A program made the position numbers and the translations under genes. Below the pieces are notes generated by a model. The model was not told the DNA's origin, ran no database searches, and saw nothing but the letters and a program-made list of their open reading frames with translations. From positions 169,012,001-169,076,000 of the forward strand of contig OX597814.1 in the NCBI GenBank assembly GCA_951406725.2: a stretch of DNA of 64,000 nucleotides. Direction: 5' to 3'. This document shows, piece by piece, positions 27,829-39,671 of the stretch (its first letter is position 1; every line of letters starts with the position of its first letter). Origin of the DNA: Octopus vulgaris (taxonomy: Eukaryota).

Positions 27829-28047
27829 TACTCTTTTACTCTTTTACTTGTTTCAGTCATTTGTCTGCGGCCATGCTGGAGAACAGCCTTTAGTCGAGCA
27901 AATCGACCCCGGGACTTATTCTTTGTAAGCCCAGTACTTATTCTATCGGTCTCTTTTGCCGAACCGCTAAGTGACGGGGACGTAAACAAACCAGCATCGG
28001 TTGTCAAGCTATGCTAGGGGGACAAACACAGACACACAAACACATAT

Positions 28048-28088
<41 letters not shown>

Positions 28089-28254
28089 TACGACAGGCTT
28101 CTTTCAGTTTCCGTCTACCAAATCCACTCACAAGGCTTTGGTCGGCCCGGGGCTATAGCAGAAGACACTTGCCCAAGATGACATGCAGTGGGACTGAACC
28201 CGGAACCATGTGGTTGGTTAGCAAGCTACTTACCACACAGCCACTCCTGCGCCT
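27829..28254 (-). mobile_element. SINE family A nested in the tail of the family B trimer
   Basis: Full-length young copy lying inside the 22-bp direct repeat that brackets the trimer. Confidence 0.9.
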
Positions 28255-28384
28255 ATGCCACTCCTAAAGAAATCAATTGACTTGCCCTCTTCCCATCAAA
28301 ACTTTTGCTCTCGGAATAAAATTTGAAGCCATTATTTATAAATTAAGGACTGAGGATTGCGATATTTCTTCTGCTTCATGTCTT

Positions 28385-28590
28385 TCCTTTTACTCGTTTC
28401 AGTCAGTAGATTGCGGCCATGCTGGGGCACCGCCTTGGGGGAATTTTAGTCGAACTAATCGACCCCAGTACTTATTTTCTTTTCAAAGCCTGGTACTTGT
28501 TCTGTCGGTCTCTCTAGCCGAACCGTTAAATTACGGGGACGTAAACACACCATCACCGGTTGTTAAGCGGTTGGTGGGAGATAAGCACAG
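28385..28590 (-). mobile_element. SINE family A, 3' half, older
   Basis: Diverged match to the family A tail region. Confidence 0.8.
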
Positions 28591-28774
28591 ACGTTCTCAC
28601 GACAAAAGATGGACTGTTTTGTGAGGGAAGGAAGGTTGGCGGTGGAATGAGAGTTGCTAGGACGACGAAAGACACTATCTTATACTTTTTTTTGCTTCAT
28701 CGTCATCATGATTAACTGATCCTCTTGCGTGTTCTTTTACCCAAAGCCAGGAACTTTACCACAACCCCTCGTAC

Positions 28775-29432
28775 ATGTGTGTGTGTGTGTGTGTCTGTCT
28801 GTCTGTATGTATGTATGTATGTATGTATGTATGTATGTATGTATGTATGTGTGTATGTGTGTATGTATGTATTTATGTATGCATGTATGTATGTATGTAT
28901 GTGTGTATGTATGTATGCATGCATGCACGCATGCATGTATGTATGTATGTATGTATGTATGTATGTATGTATGTGTGTATGTGTGTATGTATGTATGTAT
29001 GTGTGTGTATGTATGTATGTATGTGTGTGTGTATGTATGTATGTATGTATGCATGCATGCATGTAAGTATGTATGTATGTATGTATGTATGTATGTATGT
29101 ATGTATGTATGTATTTATGTATGTATGTATGTATGTATGTATGTATGAATGCATGTATGTATGTATGTATGTATGTATGTATGTATGCATGCATGTATGT
29201 ATGTATGCATGCATGCATGCATGTATGTATGTATGTATGTATGTATGTATGTATGTGTGTGTATGTATGTATGTATGTATGTATGTATGTATGTATGTAT
29301 GTATGTATGCATGTATGTATGTATGTATGTATGTATGTATGTATGTATGTATGTATGAATGTATGTATGCATGCATGCATGTATGTATGTATGTATGTAT
29401 GTATGTATGTATGTATGTATGTATGCATGCAT
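28775..29432. repeat. (TATG)n microsatellite array
   Basis: Directly visible, with TGCA and TGTG variants. Confidence 0.97.
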
Positions 29433-29833
29433 CCCCGAGTTGCATGCACAGCATACTCCTGAGAATATTGCCGTCACGCAAAAACCTGTCGCACAAAATT
29501 AATATTCGAAATCATGTTCACATAAGCTGGGAATACGTTCCGATGGCTACTTTTTCTTTTTTCGTTTTTTTTTCTTTCTAATAAAACGTATAAATAAAAC
29601 ATATTTTTTCAAATAAAATATATAAATAAAACATATGAATTAAAAAATAAAAATAAAGCAACACTATCACTTTTGAACATGAAACATGAGCAGTACAATA
29701 TTCATACACAAAAGACATTTGAAGAGAAATACATTTGGGAAGAGATAAGAACTGCAATGACGTAATAGGGTACGTTCTTACGAGAAAAGCTGTTGATTAT
29801 TTTGTGAGTGAAGATGGCGGTAAAATGAGAGTT

Positions 29834-30217
29834 GGAAGCACACCGTCGGTTACGACAACGAGGGTTCCGGTTGATCCGAATCAACGGAACCGCCTGCTCG
29901 TGAAATTAACGTGTAAGTGGCTGAGCACTCCACAGACACGTGTACCCTTAACGTAGTTCTCGGGGATATTCAGCGTGACACAGAGAGTGACAAGGCCGGC
30001 CCTTTGAAATACAGGTACAACAGAAACAGGAAGTAAGAGTGAGAGAAAGTTGTGGTGAAAGAGTACAGCAGGGATCCCCACCATCCCCTGCCGGAGCCTC
30101 GTGGAGCTTTAGGTGTTTTCGCTCAATAAACACTCACAACGCCCGGTCTGGGAATCGAAACCGCGATCCTATGACCGCGAGTCCGCTGCCCTAACCACTG
30201 GGCCATTGCGCCTCCAC
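29834..30217 (-). mobile_element. tRNA-derived SINE, family C
   Basis: Head GTGGAGGCGCAATGGCCCAGTGGTTAGG..GGTTTCGATTCCC; 12-bp TSD AAAATGAGAGTT; near-identical copy at 58627-59021. Confidence 0.93.
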
Positions 30218-30381
30218 AAAATGAGAGTTACTAGGACTTAGAAGGACACTAGCTTTTGCTTCATAGTTTATCGTCATCGACATCTGCTTGCAGGACGAAG
30301 AACATCCAAAAATGTTTGATGTTCATGGTGCATCAGTTTTTTATACAGTTGAGTTCAGGAACTGAGTACATTGGAAACTTC

Positions 30382-31201
30382 GGATCTTTTCGGTTTGAAC
30401 GGCAGTTTTTTAAAATAATTTCCATTTAATATAATTTCCAGGAGTGGCTCTGTGGTAAGTAGCTTGCTAACCAACCACATGGTTCCGGGTTCAGTCCCAC
30501 TGCGTGGCATCTTGGGCAAGTGTCTTCTGCTATAGCCCCGGGCCGACCAATGCCTTGTGAGTGGATTTGGTAGACGGAAACTGAAAGAAGCCTGTCGTAT
30601 ATATGTATATATATGTTTGTGTGTTTGTGTTTGTCTCCCTAGCATTGCTTGACAACCGATGCTGGTGTGTTTACGTCCCCGTAACTTAGCGGTTCGGCAA
30701 AAGAGACCGATAGAATAAGTACTGGGCTTACAAAGAATAAGTCCCGGGGTCGATTTGCTCGACTAAAGGTGGTGCTCCAGCATGACCGCAGTCAAATGAC
30801 TGAAACAAATAAAAGAGTAAAAGAGTAAAGAGTAACTAAAGACTTTTAAACTTCGTATACTGATAGAATGTGTTTATGAAACATCTTTTTCTCTTGGCTT
30901 TATTGAGAAAATTCTATAGTTTGTAAGATATTTGTTGTTGGTTTTTTCTTCAATTTCTGCAATTTCAACCAATCACTGACGTCTATTGAGGTGAAAACAT
31001 TCTGTGCCGTATGAATATGTCCCTCGTTTAAGAAACAGATTGGGTTTATTTACATTTCTGAACAAAAAAAAGATACCCCCCACCCCACCCCTAACCCTAA
31101 AACAGATTGAAATGCAATAGATCGATACTAGGGTCATAATTATGGGTGACAATTTCATATGACACCGCTAGAAAAAACTGCCGTTCAAACCGAAAAGATC
31201 C
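30382..31201. mobile_element. Merlin-like non-autonomous DNA transposon (family M1) containing a SINE
   Basis: TIR GGATCTTTTCGGTTTGAACGGCAGTTTTTT, perfect 8-bp TSD GAAACTTC, internal CCCTAACCCTAA; superfamily inferred from GG ends plus 8-bp TSD. Confidence 0.85.
30439..30834 (+). mobile_element. SINE family A inside the M1 element
   Basis: Young copy; the M1 sequence resumes after it (compare 34560-34964). Confidence 0.92.
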
Positions 31202-31827
31202 GAAACTTCTATTGTAACTTCTATGTAACATCTACAATCAGAGTTTTTTTTTTTTTGCCAGTAAAAACTTGCAGACCTTCTTCTGTAAGTGCCAACCCTT
31301 TATCAACATTGTTTTGCATCAATTTAATTCTCGTTCGCTCATCTTTATGAAGAGCTTGATATTGTTCTAACGCGGCATCAGCTCCTCATTATATAAACTT
31401 TATCTATGAGATACTAGCATTTCAACCACGCCTTTCTCTATGACTACTTCAAACCCTACATCGTTTGCAAGCGTCTGCCTGAATTTGATGTAGGCTTTCT
31501 GCTTGTGGAAAACTCGGTAAGTCACGGATACAATCTGGCCATGTATTTTTCCAAGCACCATTCAAAAATTAACGCTTCACTTTATTCCATGACTCAGCTC
31601 TATTATTTACAGCATCCATTATGTTGAGCTGTAGGTTTATACTCCCTCTCAATTGCTTTCATAAGTTGTGTGAAAGTTCTTCTTAGATAACATGCCTTGA
31701 AATACGTGATCACATCTTGTTCCATTGCCTGAAGCAAAGAATCAATTTTGTAGGGGATATTTTCGACTCTCACATAACCAGAAAGCTTATCTAAAGTTCA
31801 TTGGGTACATTAGAGCATTGTCTAAAA

Positions 31828-32138
31828 CAGGCCTGGCCAACTCGAATTACATTGCGGGCCACTTTAATCACAGAAAGCTTTTTGGTGGCCGCTTGTATAA
31901 TTTATGCACTAATAGTCAAAAAATCAAATTACAGAATCAAGAATTTATCATACTTTTCGTTTGTTTAAAATTATAAAATTATAGGCTTTTGTTTTATTGC
32001 CACTTATAAATTTTAAATTTGTTTTGAAACAAATGTTTTATACAAACAAATTTATTTTGAAATTAAACACAATACTTCAAGAAAGTATCAAGCAGGCCGC
32101 AAGATAAAAGTCTGCGGACCTCTGATCGGCCAGCCTTG
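31828..32138. mobile_element. hAT (Charlie-like) MITE
   Basis: Ends CAGGCCTGGCCAA / TCGGCCAGCCTTG; 8-bp TSD GTCTAAAA/ATCTAAAA; splits the Tigger LLLD-NA motif. Confidence 0.75.
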
Positions 32139-32268
32139 ATCTAAAAGGAGCAATGTGTTTTTGGAAATATCATGTCTGGCAGTGTAGCTTTCAAAAACAG
32201 GGCAAAAAGCGTTTAAAAAACTTTGGAAAAGCTCTTAGTCATCCATGGCTTTATATCTGAATGACATA

Positions 32269-32651
32269 TCTCTCTCTATATAAACGGCAGTTTGTCTGTG
32301 CGTTTTCTGTGTGTCTGTTTTCTCGTACCCTCACTCTGACCACGGCTTTCAACCGATTCTGATGAAACTTGACACACACATAGCCCAATGTCATAATTCA
32401 AAACTAACGCAGCGAAAATTTTGTAAAGTTCCCCCAGTTCTGAAAAAAATCGATAAATTCGACATGGGGTCGAGAATCAGAAACCCAAACCACAGACCGT
32501 CTAGGGGACGCAACTCCACCTTTTTTAACTCTCAAAAAAATTTACCATAATTTTTTTTCCATTTTTTTGCTATTTTTTTGCTATAACTCTCTAAAAATGC
32601 TTTATAGTTATTTCCCTTACAAACCTGAGCAACGCCGGGCGATACTGCTAG
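32269..32651 (+). mobile_element. Non-autonomous Helitron
   Basis: A|TC start, subterminal hairpin CCTGAGCAACGCCGGG, CTAG|T end, no TSD. Confidence 0.88.
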
Positions 32652-33344
32652 TCAAAGATAAATTAAATTTTGCTTAACTATTGAAAGCCCTTGTATTTTC
32701 AGAATGATACACGAGAAAAAGATCTTAACTTCGTATCACCAGCGGCCTTTTCTACTACAAGAAGTGTCAGACTATTTTCGGAAGCTTTAAGTTCTGGTGT
32801 TGATGTTTCTTCTCGCGAAATAAAAATTCTAGCCGGTATTAGCTTCCAAGAAAGTACATCTTCATCAACATTATGCAGTTACACTGGTGTTAGCTCCTGT
32901 TAGCAACTGTTTCTTTTTAACTGCTGAAGATAATTAACAACAGCCTTTGCATCAGTATTAACAATTTCACACGTAACTTTTACGTTGTGCAAATTCAAAT
33001 GCTTCTTAAACCTTTGAAACTAGACTTTACTTGCCAGCAAAAGGATTTTCGTTAGAAGTTTCACTTATCTTTATCTACAAAACATCATTCAACTTTTTTT
33101 TTTGCCATCATGCTTACCGGCACATTACGCAGTCTGATATTTGATTCATACACTCGGGAGCCGTTCCATAAATGATTTTTTTCCCCTCCTGCATTAAGCC
33201 TTTTTGAAACGACAAATATTATATATCCAATGCAAATCCCGTTACGGGTCTTTTTTGCATAACTACCTTCAGTTCCACTCGATGGCTTGTTTCCAGGCAT
33301 ATGGAATATATATATATAAATTAATAAATAAAATAAAACATGTA

Positions 33345-33535
33345 TATATACATGCATATATGGGTACAGGACACCCAAAAAACGTCGAACACAATGAGAA
33401 ACGAAAACATAAACACAAAACCAAGGAAATGGACATTTTTCTTAAACAACGAAAAAATAGAGTACAGGACATACAATACAAGGAAAATTCCCCTTCTTCA
33501 GTCGCCTTTGTTTCATCTACTCCACGTTTCGAAGG

Positions 33536-33540
<5 letters not shown>
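33345..33540 (-). repeat. (TA)n-flanked short repeat, homologous to 62637-62830
   Basis: Shares CCTTCGAAAC..CTGA(A/T)GAAGGG..AATTTTCCTTG..GTGTCCTGTAC with the other copy. Confidence 0.7.
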
Positions 33541-33598
<58 letters not shown>

Positions 33599-33790
33599 GT
33601 ATTATCCCATAACACGCGCGTTTGAAAGAGCTGTAAATAGCGAAAACTCTTAACAAAATTCGAAAAGTTCCTTCCAAAAGGTTCTTGTTACTCGTTTTTG
33701 TTTTCATAAAGATTTTTATGCATTATTAATAAGTTTTAATTCAATAAAATTTTTCTTCAGATATTGCGACTGTAACAAGCAAAAACTATA

Positions 33791-34183
33791 TCTTTATATA
33801 TAAAAGTGAAGTTGTGTGTCTGTCTCCTACGATTTAGATTCCTAACTACTCCCACATTTTGCGGTGCAGTGTAACCAAAAGCGGGTATCTTATAGTCGTG
33901 ATTCATATCGAGCCCTTCTGGGTATTAGCGCGCGTCTACGATGAGTCTACGGTTTAAAAAAATTTTGCCTCATTTTTTCCCATTTTTAACGCATTTTTTT
34001 GCTATTATATAAGGGAAATAACTCTCTAAAAATGTATTATTAAATCTCAGAACGTAAAAAGCTACAGTAACACCCCCCTTTGTGGTTAGCCATATTGAGA
34101 TGGCTATTATACTTTACATCTCTAAAAATGCTTATATAGTTATTTCCCTTACAAACACGAGCAACGCCGGGCGATACTGCTAG
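33791..34183 (+). mobile_element. Non-autonomous Helitron
   Basis: A|TCTTTATATATAAAAG start, GAGCAACGCCGGGCGATACTGCTAG|T end; close to 61762-62159. Confidence 0.9.
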
Positions 34184-34465
34184 TATATATATATAGACGT
34201 GTGTGCGAGCGTGCGTGTGTGTACATGAATGAGTGGACAAGCGAAAGAAAAGGGCGGGTAACACATTTTGTAGGAGTTACATGTATTGTTTGAAACAGTC
34301 TGATTCGACTCCATGCAATTTAAAGTGTCGCGGGCCGAATCAATCTGTTCTAAATAAAACACACACACACACACACACAACTTTGCATACATTCAAAATG
34401 CTTTGGTTACACAAGCAAATGATGATTTCTTCTCTTGGTATATCTACTTAAAAATATAAAGATAT

Positions 34466-35037
34466 TCTTATTTCTTTATTGCCCACAAAGGGCCAAACAT
34501 AGAGAGGACAGACAATGACAAACAAACGGATTAAGTCGATTACATTTGACCCCAGTGCGGGATCTTTTCGGTTTGAACGGCAGTTTTTTACATAATTGCT
34601 ACGTAACTAAAAAATTTTAAACTTAGTATACTGGTAGAATCTTTTTCTCTTGGCTTTATTGAGAAAATTCTATAGTTTGTAAGATATTTGTTGTTTTTTT
34701 TTCTTCAATTTCTGCAATTTCAACCAATCACTGATGTGTATTGAGGTAAAAAAAACATTCTGTGCTGTATGAATATGTCCCTCGTTTAAGAAATAGATTG
34801 GGTTTATTTACATTTGTGAAGAAAAAAAAGATACCCTTCCCCCCACCCCTAACCCTAACCCTAAAACATTGAAATGCAATAGATCGATACTAGGGTCATA
34901 ATTATGGGTGACAATTTCACATGACACCGCTAGAAAAAAACTGCCGTTCAAACTGAAAAGATCCCCAGTGCGTAACTGGTACTTAATTTATCGACCCCGA
35001 AAGGATGAAAGTAAAATCGACCATGGCGGAATTTGAA
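34466..35037 (-). mobile_element. SINE family B split by an M1 MITE
   Basis: GACCCCAGTGCG|TAACTGGTAC is continuous once 34560-34964 and one TSD are removed. Confidence 0.85.
34560..34964. mobile_element. Merlin-like MITE (family M1)
   Basis: Same TIRs; perfect 8-bp TSD CCAGTGCG; internal CCCTAACCCTAACCCTAA. Confidence 0.88.
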
Positions 35038-35496
35038 AATATAAAGATATTCTGTTGATATTTATCACTTTTGAGGTAGCGATTTTGCAGAATCATTAGC
35101 GAGCCGGGTAAAATGTTTAGCGGCATTTCGTGTACCTTTATGCCCTCAGTCCAAATTTCGCCGAGCTCCACTTTGCTCTTTTATCCTTTCGGAGTCGATA
35201 AAACAAGTACCAGCTGAACATTGGGATCGATGTAATCGACTTAGCAGAAATTGCCGGCTTTGTACCAAAATTTGGAATCAATATTTATTGCAGTGCGTCT
35301 CATAATGTTTGTGACACGTTTAATTTATTTTTGCTGTTTCATAAACTTTCTTTAATAAATGCGCTTGTTCGAGTCCTGGTTACTTGCGTTTAAAATGCGT
35401 CTTGTCCTTATGAGACACCCAGTGTGTGTGTGTGTGTGTGTGGTGTGTATGTGTTTGTGTGGGTGTGTTAGTGTATATGCGTCTTCTTCCTTCCAC

Positions 35497-35553
35497 CCTT
35501 CCTTCCTTCCTTCCTTCCTTCCTTCCTTCCTTCCTTCCTTCCTTCCTTCCTTC

Positions 35554-35608
<55 letters not shown>

Positions 35609-35609
35609 T
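35497..35609. repeat. (CCTT)n(CTTT)n microsatellite
   Basis: Directly visible pyrimidine tract. Confidence 0.95.
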
Positions 35610-35614
35610 ATGTT

Positions 35615-36015
35615 CTCTTATTCTTTTACATGTTTCAATCATTTGACTGCGGTCGTGCTGGAACACTGCTTTAAAAGGTTTCAGTCGAAGGAATCAATCT
35701 CAGGACTTATTCTTTGTAAACCTGGTTCTTATTCTATCAGTATCTTTTGTCGAACCGCTAGTTTACGGGGATATAAGCACACCAATCTCGGTTGTCAAGC
35801 GGTGGGGGTGATGCAAACAGACACACGTACATGAATATATAAGCATATGTATATATATACGACGGTCTTCTTTCAGTTTCCATCTACCAAATTCACTTAC
35901 AAAGCTTTGATCGTCCTGAGGCTATAGTAGAAGACATCTGTGGGACTGAACCCGGAACTGAACCTGGACTGAACCCGGAACCATGTGGTTGGGAAGCAAG
36001 CTTCTTACCACACAG
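35615..36015 (-). mobile_element. SINE family A, diverged
   Basis: Family A match with a triplicated ACTGAACC(C/T)GG segment. Confidence 0.85.
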
Positions 36016-36074
36016 AAAATTTGGTCACGAACACGAAGCAAATATTATTGTCGTGAATGAAAATGAAGTTGAGT

Positions 36075-36345
36075 GAGGTAAACTTAGATAAACTTAGTTA
36101 TGTTTCGACCAAAGATTGGTCCAGGCCATGTCTAACTTAATAGCACCACCTGATAGGATTATTCGAATCCTGTTTAAGTCAAGTTTTGTTCAAGTAGTGA
36201 GTTCTTGTTGGGTGAGTTGTATCAAGTTTTGTTCAAGTAGTGAGTTCTTGTTGGGTGAGTTGTATCCAATTATGGGTGGCTTATCTGGTATTCTTTGAAG
36301 GAATCTATCCAGACTCTGTTTAAGGTTGATGGGATCCTTTAGACG
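36075..36345 (-). mobile_element. CR1/Jockey-group LINE 3' end fragment
   Basis: Peptide LKQSLDRFLQRIPDKPPIIGYNSPNKNSLLE fits the K..LD.FL..IPD.P...NSL C-terminus; repeated CTAAGTTTA tail; internal ~43-bp tandem duplication. Confidence 0.7.
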
Positions 36346-36386
36346 GCAAGAGAGAAAAAAATACTCTAAAATGTTGAGCAATCTCT

Positions 36387-37220
36387 TGAGTGTAAACCAA
36401 GTCACTAGCGTATCAGAAGGATAATTAATTGTTTTTCATGAATCAGACGTATCTTTGCGAGAAACAGAATCTACTAAACTTGAAATATGGAAGAAAGAAA
36501 CAGAAGAAAAAAAACTTGAGAAGCACACACAGCACGTTCTATGCCAGGTATGATTCAATATAATTATGTAAATTTTGTGAGTTAAAAACATTAATAAATA
36601 AAATTTTATCGCTTGTCCTGCAGACAAAAATAGTTATACTGGATCTTTTCGGTTTGAACACAGTTTTTTCTAGCGGTTTCATGAAATTGTCACCCATAAT
36701 TATGACCCTAGTATCGATCTATTGCATTTCGATCTGTTTTAGGGGTAGGGGTGGGGGGAAGGGTATCTTAATTGCAGAAATTGAAGAAAAAAACCAACAA
36801 ATATCTTGCAAACTATAGAATTTTCTCAATAATGTCAAGAGAAAAAGATGTTTTATAACCACATTCTACCAGTATAGGAAGTTTAAAAGTGTTTAGTTAC
36901 GTGGAAATTATTTTAAAAAAAACTGCCGTTCAAACCGAAAAGATCCCTTATCTGCATTATCTGGATCATAAATGAGTGTAAACCAAGTCACTAGTGTATC
37001 AGAAGGATAATTAATTGTTTTTCGTGAATCAGACGTATCTTTGCGAGAAACAGAATCTACTAAACTTGAAATATTGAAGAACGAAAAAGAAACCCTTGAA
37101 AAGCACACACAGCACGTTCTATGCCAGGTGTGATTCAATATAATTACGTAAATTTTGAGAGTTAAAAACATTAATAAATAAAATTTTATAGCATGTCCTG
37201 CAGACAGAAGTAGTTATATT
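36387..37220. repeat. ~250-bp direct repeats (36387-36640 and 36973-37220) flanking a MITE
   Basis: TGAGTGTAAACCAAGTCACTAG...GTCCTGCAGACA..TAGTTATA present twice with scattered differences. Confidence 0.9.
36641..36946. mobile_element. Merlin-like MITE (M1), opposite orientation, internally deleted
   Basis: GGATCTTTTCGGTTTGAAC ... GTTCAAACCGAAAAGATCC; no clean TSD. Confidence 0.85.
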
Positions 37221-37867
37221 AAGCTCGAAATGTTTTTAAAATAGTAAAGGACCGTTTGTTCTAAAAAAAAAAATTAAAAAAACGATCAATGAAATATTAA
37301 AAAAATGTCGGCTTAAAAGAAGGTTCGGAAATGGATGTTTAGAAGTTTGACGGTCATAACTTGTTCTCTAGAGAAGAAAGAGCGTTGTGCCTTTGTTGTT
37401 CACAATTTTCACGAAATACTAATATATTTTCTTTGGAATAAGATAATGAATTTATGATGTTGAAAATGCCAGTTCTGTGCAGTTTCTTTTAAATTTTTGC
37501 CTTTCTACTTTGTTCCTTAGTTGCAGAATTGGCACATTACTAAAGCGTTTTAAAACGTTAGCCAACTCTTGTTCATTTGGAATTTTCACTCTCTTTATAT
37601 TTGGCATTGAGCAATACATTTTCTTTAGCTTTATTTGAAGTAAATTTTATCAATACTATAAATTTATTATTTTAAAAAAGAAAAATAACCAATTACCTTT
37701 CCGCTTTGTCTGTGCATATGCACGCATGTATGTATGTATGTATGTATGTATGTATGTATGTATGTATGTATGTATGTATGTATGTATGTATGTATGTATG
37801 TATGTATGTATGTATGTATGTATGTATGTATGTATGTATGTATGTATGTATGTATGCATGTATGTAT

Positions 37868-38290
37868 GTCATTATTCAGTTTTATTTCAATATTTCTTGC
37901 CGACAGAGAAAGAGCCGGTTTCTAACCTAGATCCAAGGCTCCTTCATTGGAATTTCAACATCAACAGGGTGGATGGGTGAGTATGTATGTATGTATGTAT
38001 GTATGTATGTATGTATGTATGTATGTATGTATGTATGTATGCATGTATGTGTGCAAATTTGTATGCTTTGTTTTATGTATGTCTTCTCATGCATATACTT
38101 GCATATCGAGACATGCTCATATATACTTAAATAATAAACTTCTTGAAAGTTTTACAGATTTTTACAGTTCCAGTGATGGCTTGACTCTGTAATCTTCTAA
38201 TCAGCTTTCTCCATTCTGGTTTTGAGAAGTCTAATTTCTCAAGATTGGTATTTAGGCAGTGTATTACATATCCCAGTGCCCAAATAATTG
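37868..38290 (-). mobile_element. 3' end of an RLE-type non-LTR retrotransposon (R4/Dong-like)
   Basis: Peptide [53 protein letters not shown] fits the IIGALG...LQ....GT..I C-terminus; 3' UTR ends CTGAATAATGA and runs into (CATA)n. Confidence 0.7.
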
Positions 38291-38430
38291 AATTATCTCC
38301 CCGTCATTCAACCTCTCTTTATTATCGCCTCCCTTTCATTTAACCTCTTTTTTCCAGTCATTCGCCATGTTGGCCCATTGAACTCAACACGTCCCCCCCC
38401 CATTCTTTCTCTATTTATTTCCTCTTATTC

Positions 38431-38466
38431 CTTTCTTTGGAAGAGCATAGGCTCGAAACATAAAAG
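38431..38466 (+). ncRNA. Degenerate hammerhead-like motif
   Basis: CTTT-CTTTGGA-A-GAGC-ATAG-GCTC-GAAAC-ATA-AAAG: same stem II and a complementary stem I as at 7341, but the core is mutated. Confidence 0.45.
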
Positions 38467-39671
38467 ATTTTTTCATTTTTCCCCGACCGTTAAACTAATA
38501 CACTTACTTGTAGTTCGTGTTTGTTTTTCTATAAATTTGATGTATGTATGTATGTATGTATGTATGTATGTATGCATGTATGTATGCATGTATGTATGCA
38601 TGGATGGATGGATGGATGGATGGATGGATGGATGGATGGATGGATGGATGGATGTAAAATTTGTTTCAAGCCTGCAGGATCACGTGGCCGGAACTTACCC
38701 GAGTGGCAGAGTTGTTTATGTGATTAAAACTTCTCCTCCCCTGAACGGCGCGCTAGTCCGTCGTAGGGTTATCTCACTTTTCAACCGTGTGGTAAAATGC
38801 CTTGCTGAAGGACACAACACACCACTCAATCTGGAAATCAAATGCATGAGCTAACGATCGTTAGTTGGACACTCTAACCACTGGACCTCGCGTCTTCATA
38901 CATACGCGCGCGCACACAACACTTTTCGAATATCCTCACTTTTACTGCCTTTAATTCAAATTGGTCTATTGACTGCGCCTTTATGGTCCAATATCATAAT
39001 TTGTTGCATGGTTGGATGTCCACGTGCAAAAATTGCTGTTGTTGACCCAAACAAAATACTGTACATTGCTGCTACACGTTGAGAAATTTGTACATTTTTT
39101 TTCTATATTTATTTAACAAGTGCTCCCGACTTAGATGTTACTGTCTTGAACGGATCATAAAGCGTGTCATTTTATTCGCAACAGTTGCGCATGAACGGCG
39201 CGGGGAGTCTTACTCGGCTAATTTCATATAAGGAACATTGTGACCATTACTGACCGGAATGAAGTGGGGGCAATAATGTAAAAATACTTTCATTAAGAAT
39301 CGATTTTTACTCAGTCGCATTTTTTGAAAAGGAAACACAAGCGCTCTCATATTGGTGATACAGAGAACTTCCTCAAAAGTATGTTGCTAATTAAAAAATA
39401 CATTACGATATTCTTTCTTATTGATAGAATGTAGCACACAGTTTATGTGTACAGTGGGATATTTCAAATTTTAGTTTCTCTGAAACAATTCAGAGCCATC
39501 GCTTTTTCTAGTTGAATTTTGGGACTGTAAAAGTGTGGACACCCCGATTTTCCAAAATACAAAATGAAGAAAAATCATTTCCATATAAATTTTGAAAATT
39601 AAAAAATTGTCTATTGATGACCAGGTAGTTTTTGTAAAATAGTAGAGGGTATCATACACAACCATTATTAA

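Larger units (their letters stand above)
31210..33300 (-). pseudogene. Fossil Tigger/pogo-type transposase, interrupted twice
   Basis: Decayed peptides FQRFKKHLNLHNVKV, NVDEDVLSWKLIPARIFISREE, LTLLVVEKAAGDTKL, PWMT, LLLLDNA, SLLQAMEQDVITYFKACYLRRTF match Tigger motifs (FNVDETGLFWK, LDNAP, QPMDQGVI); many stops and frameshifts. Confidence 0.85.
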
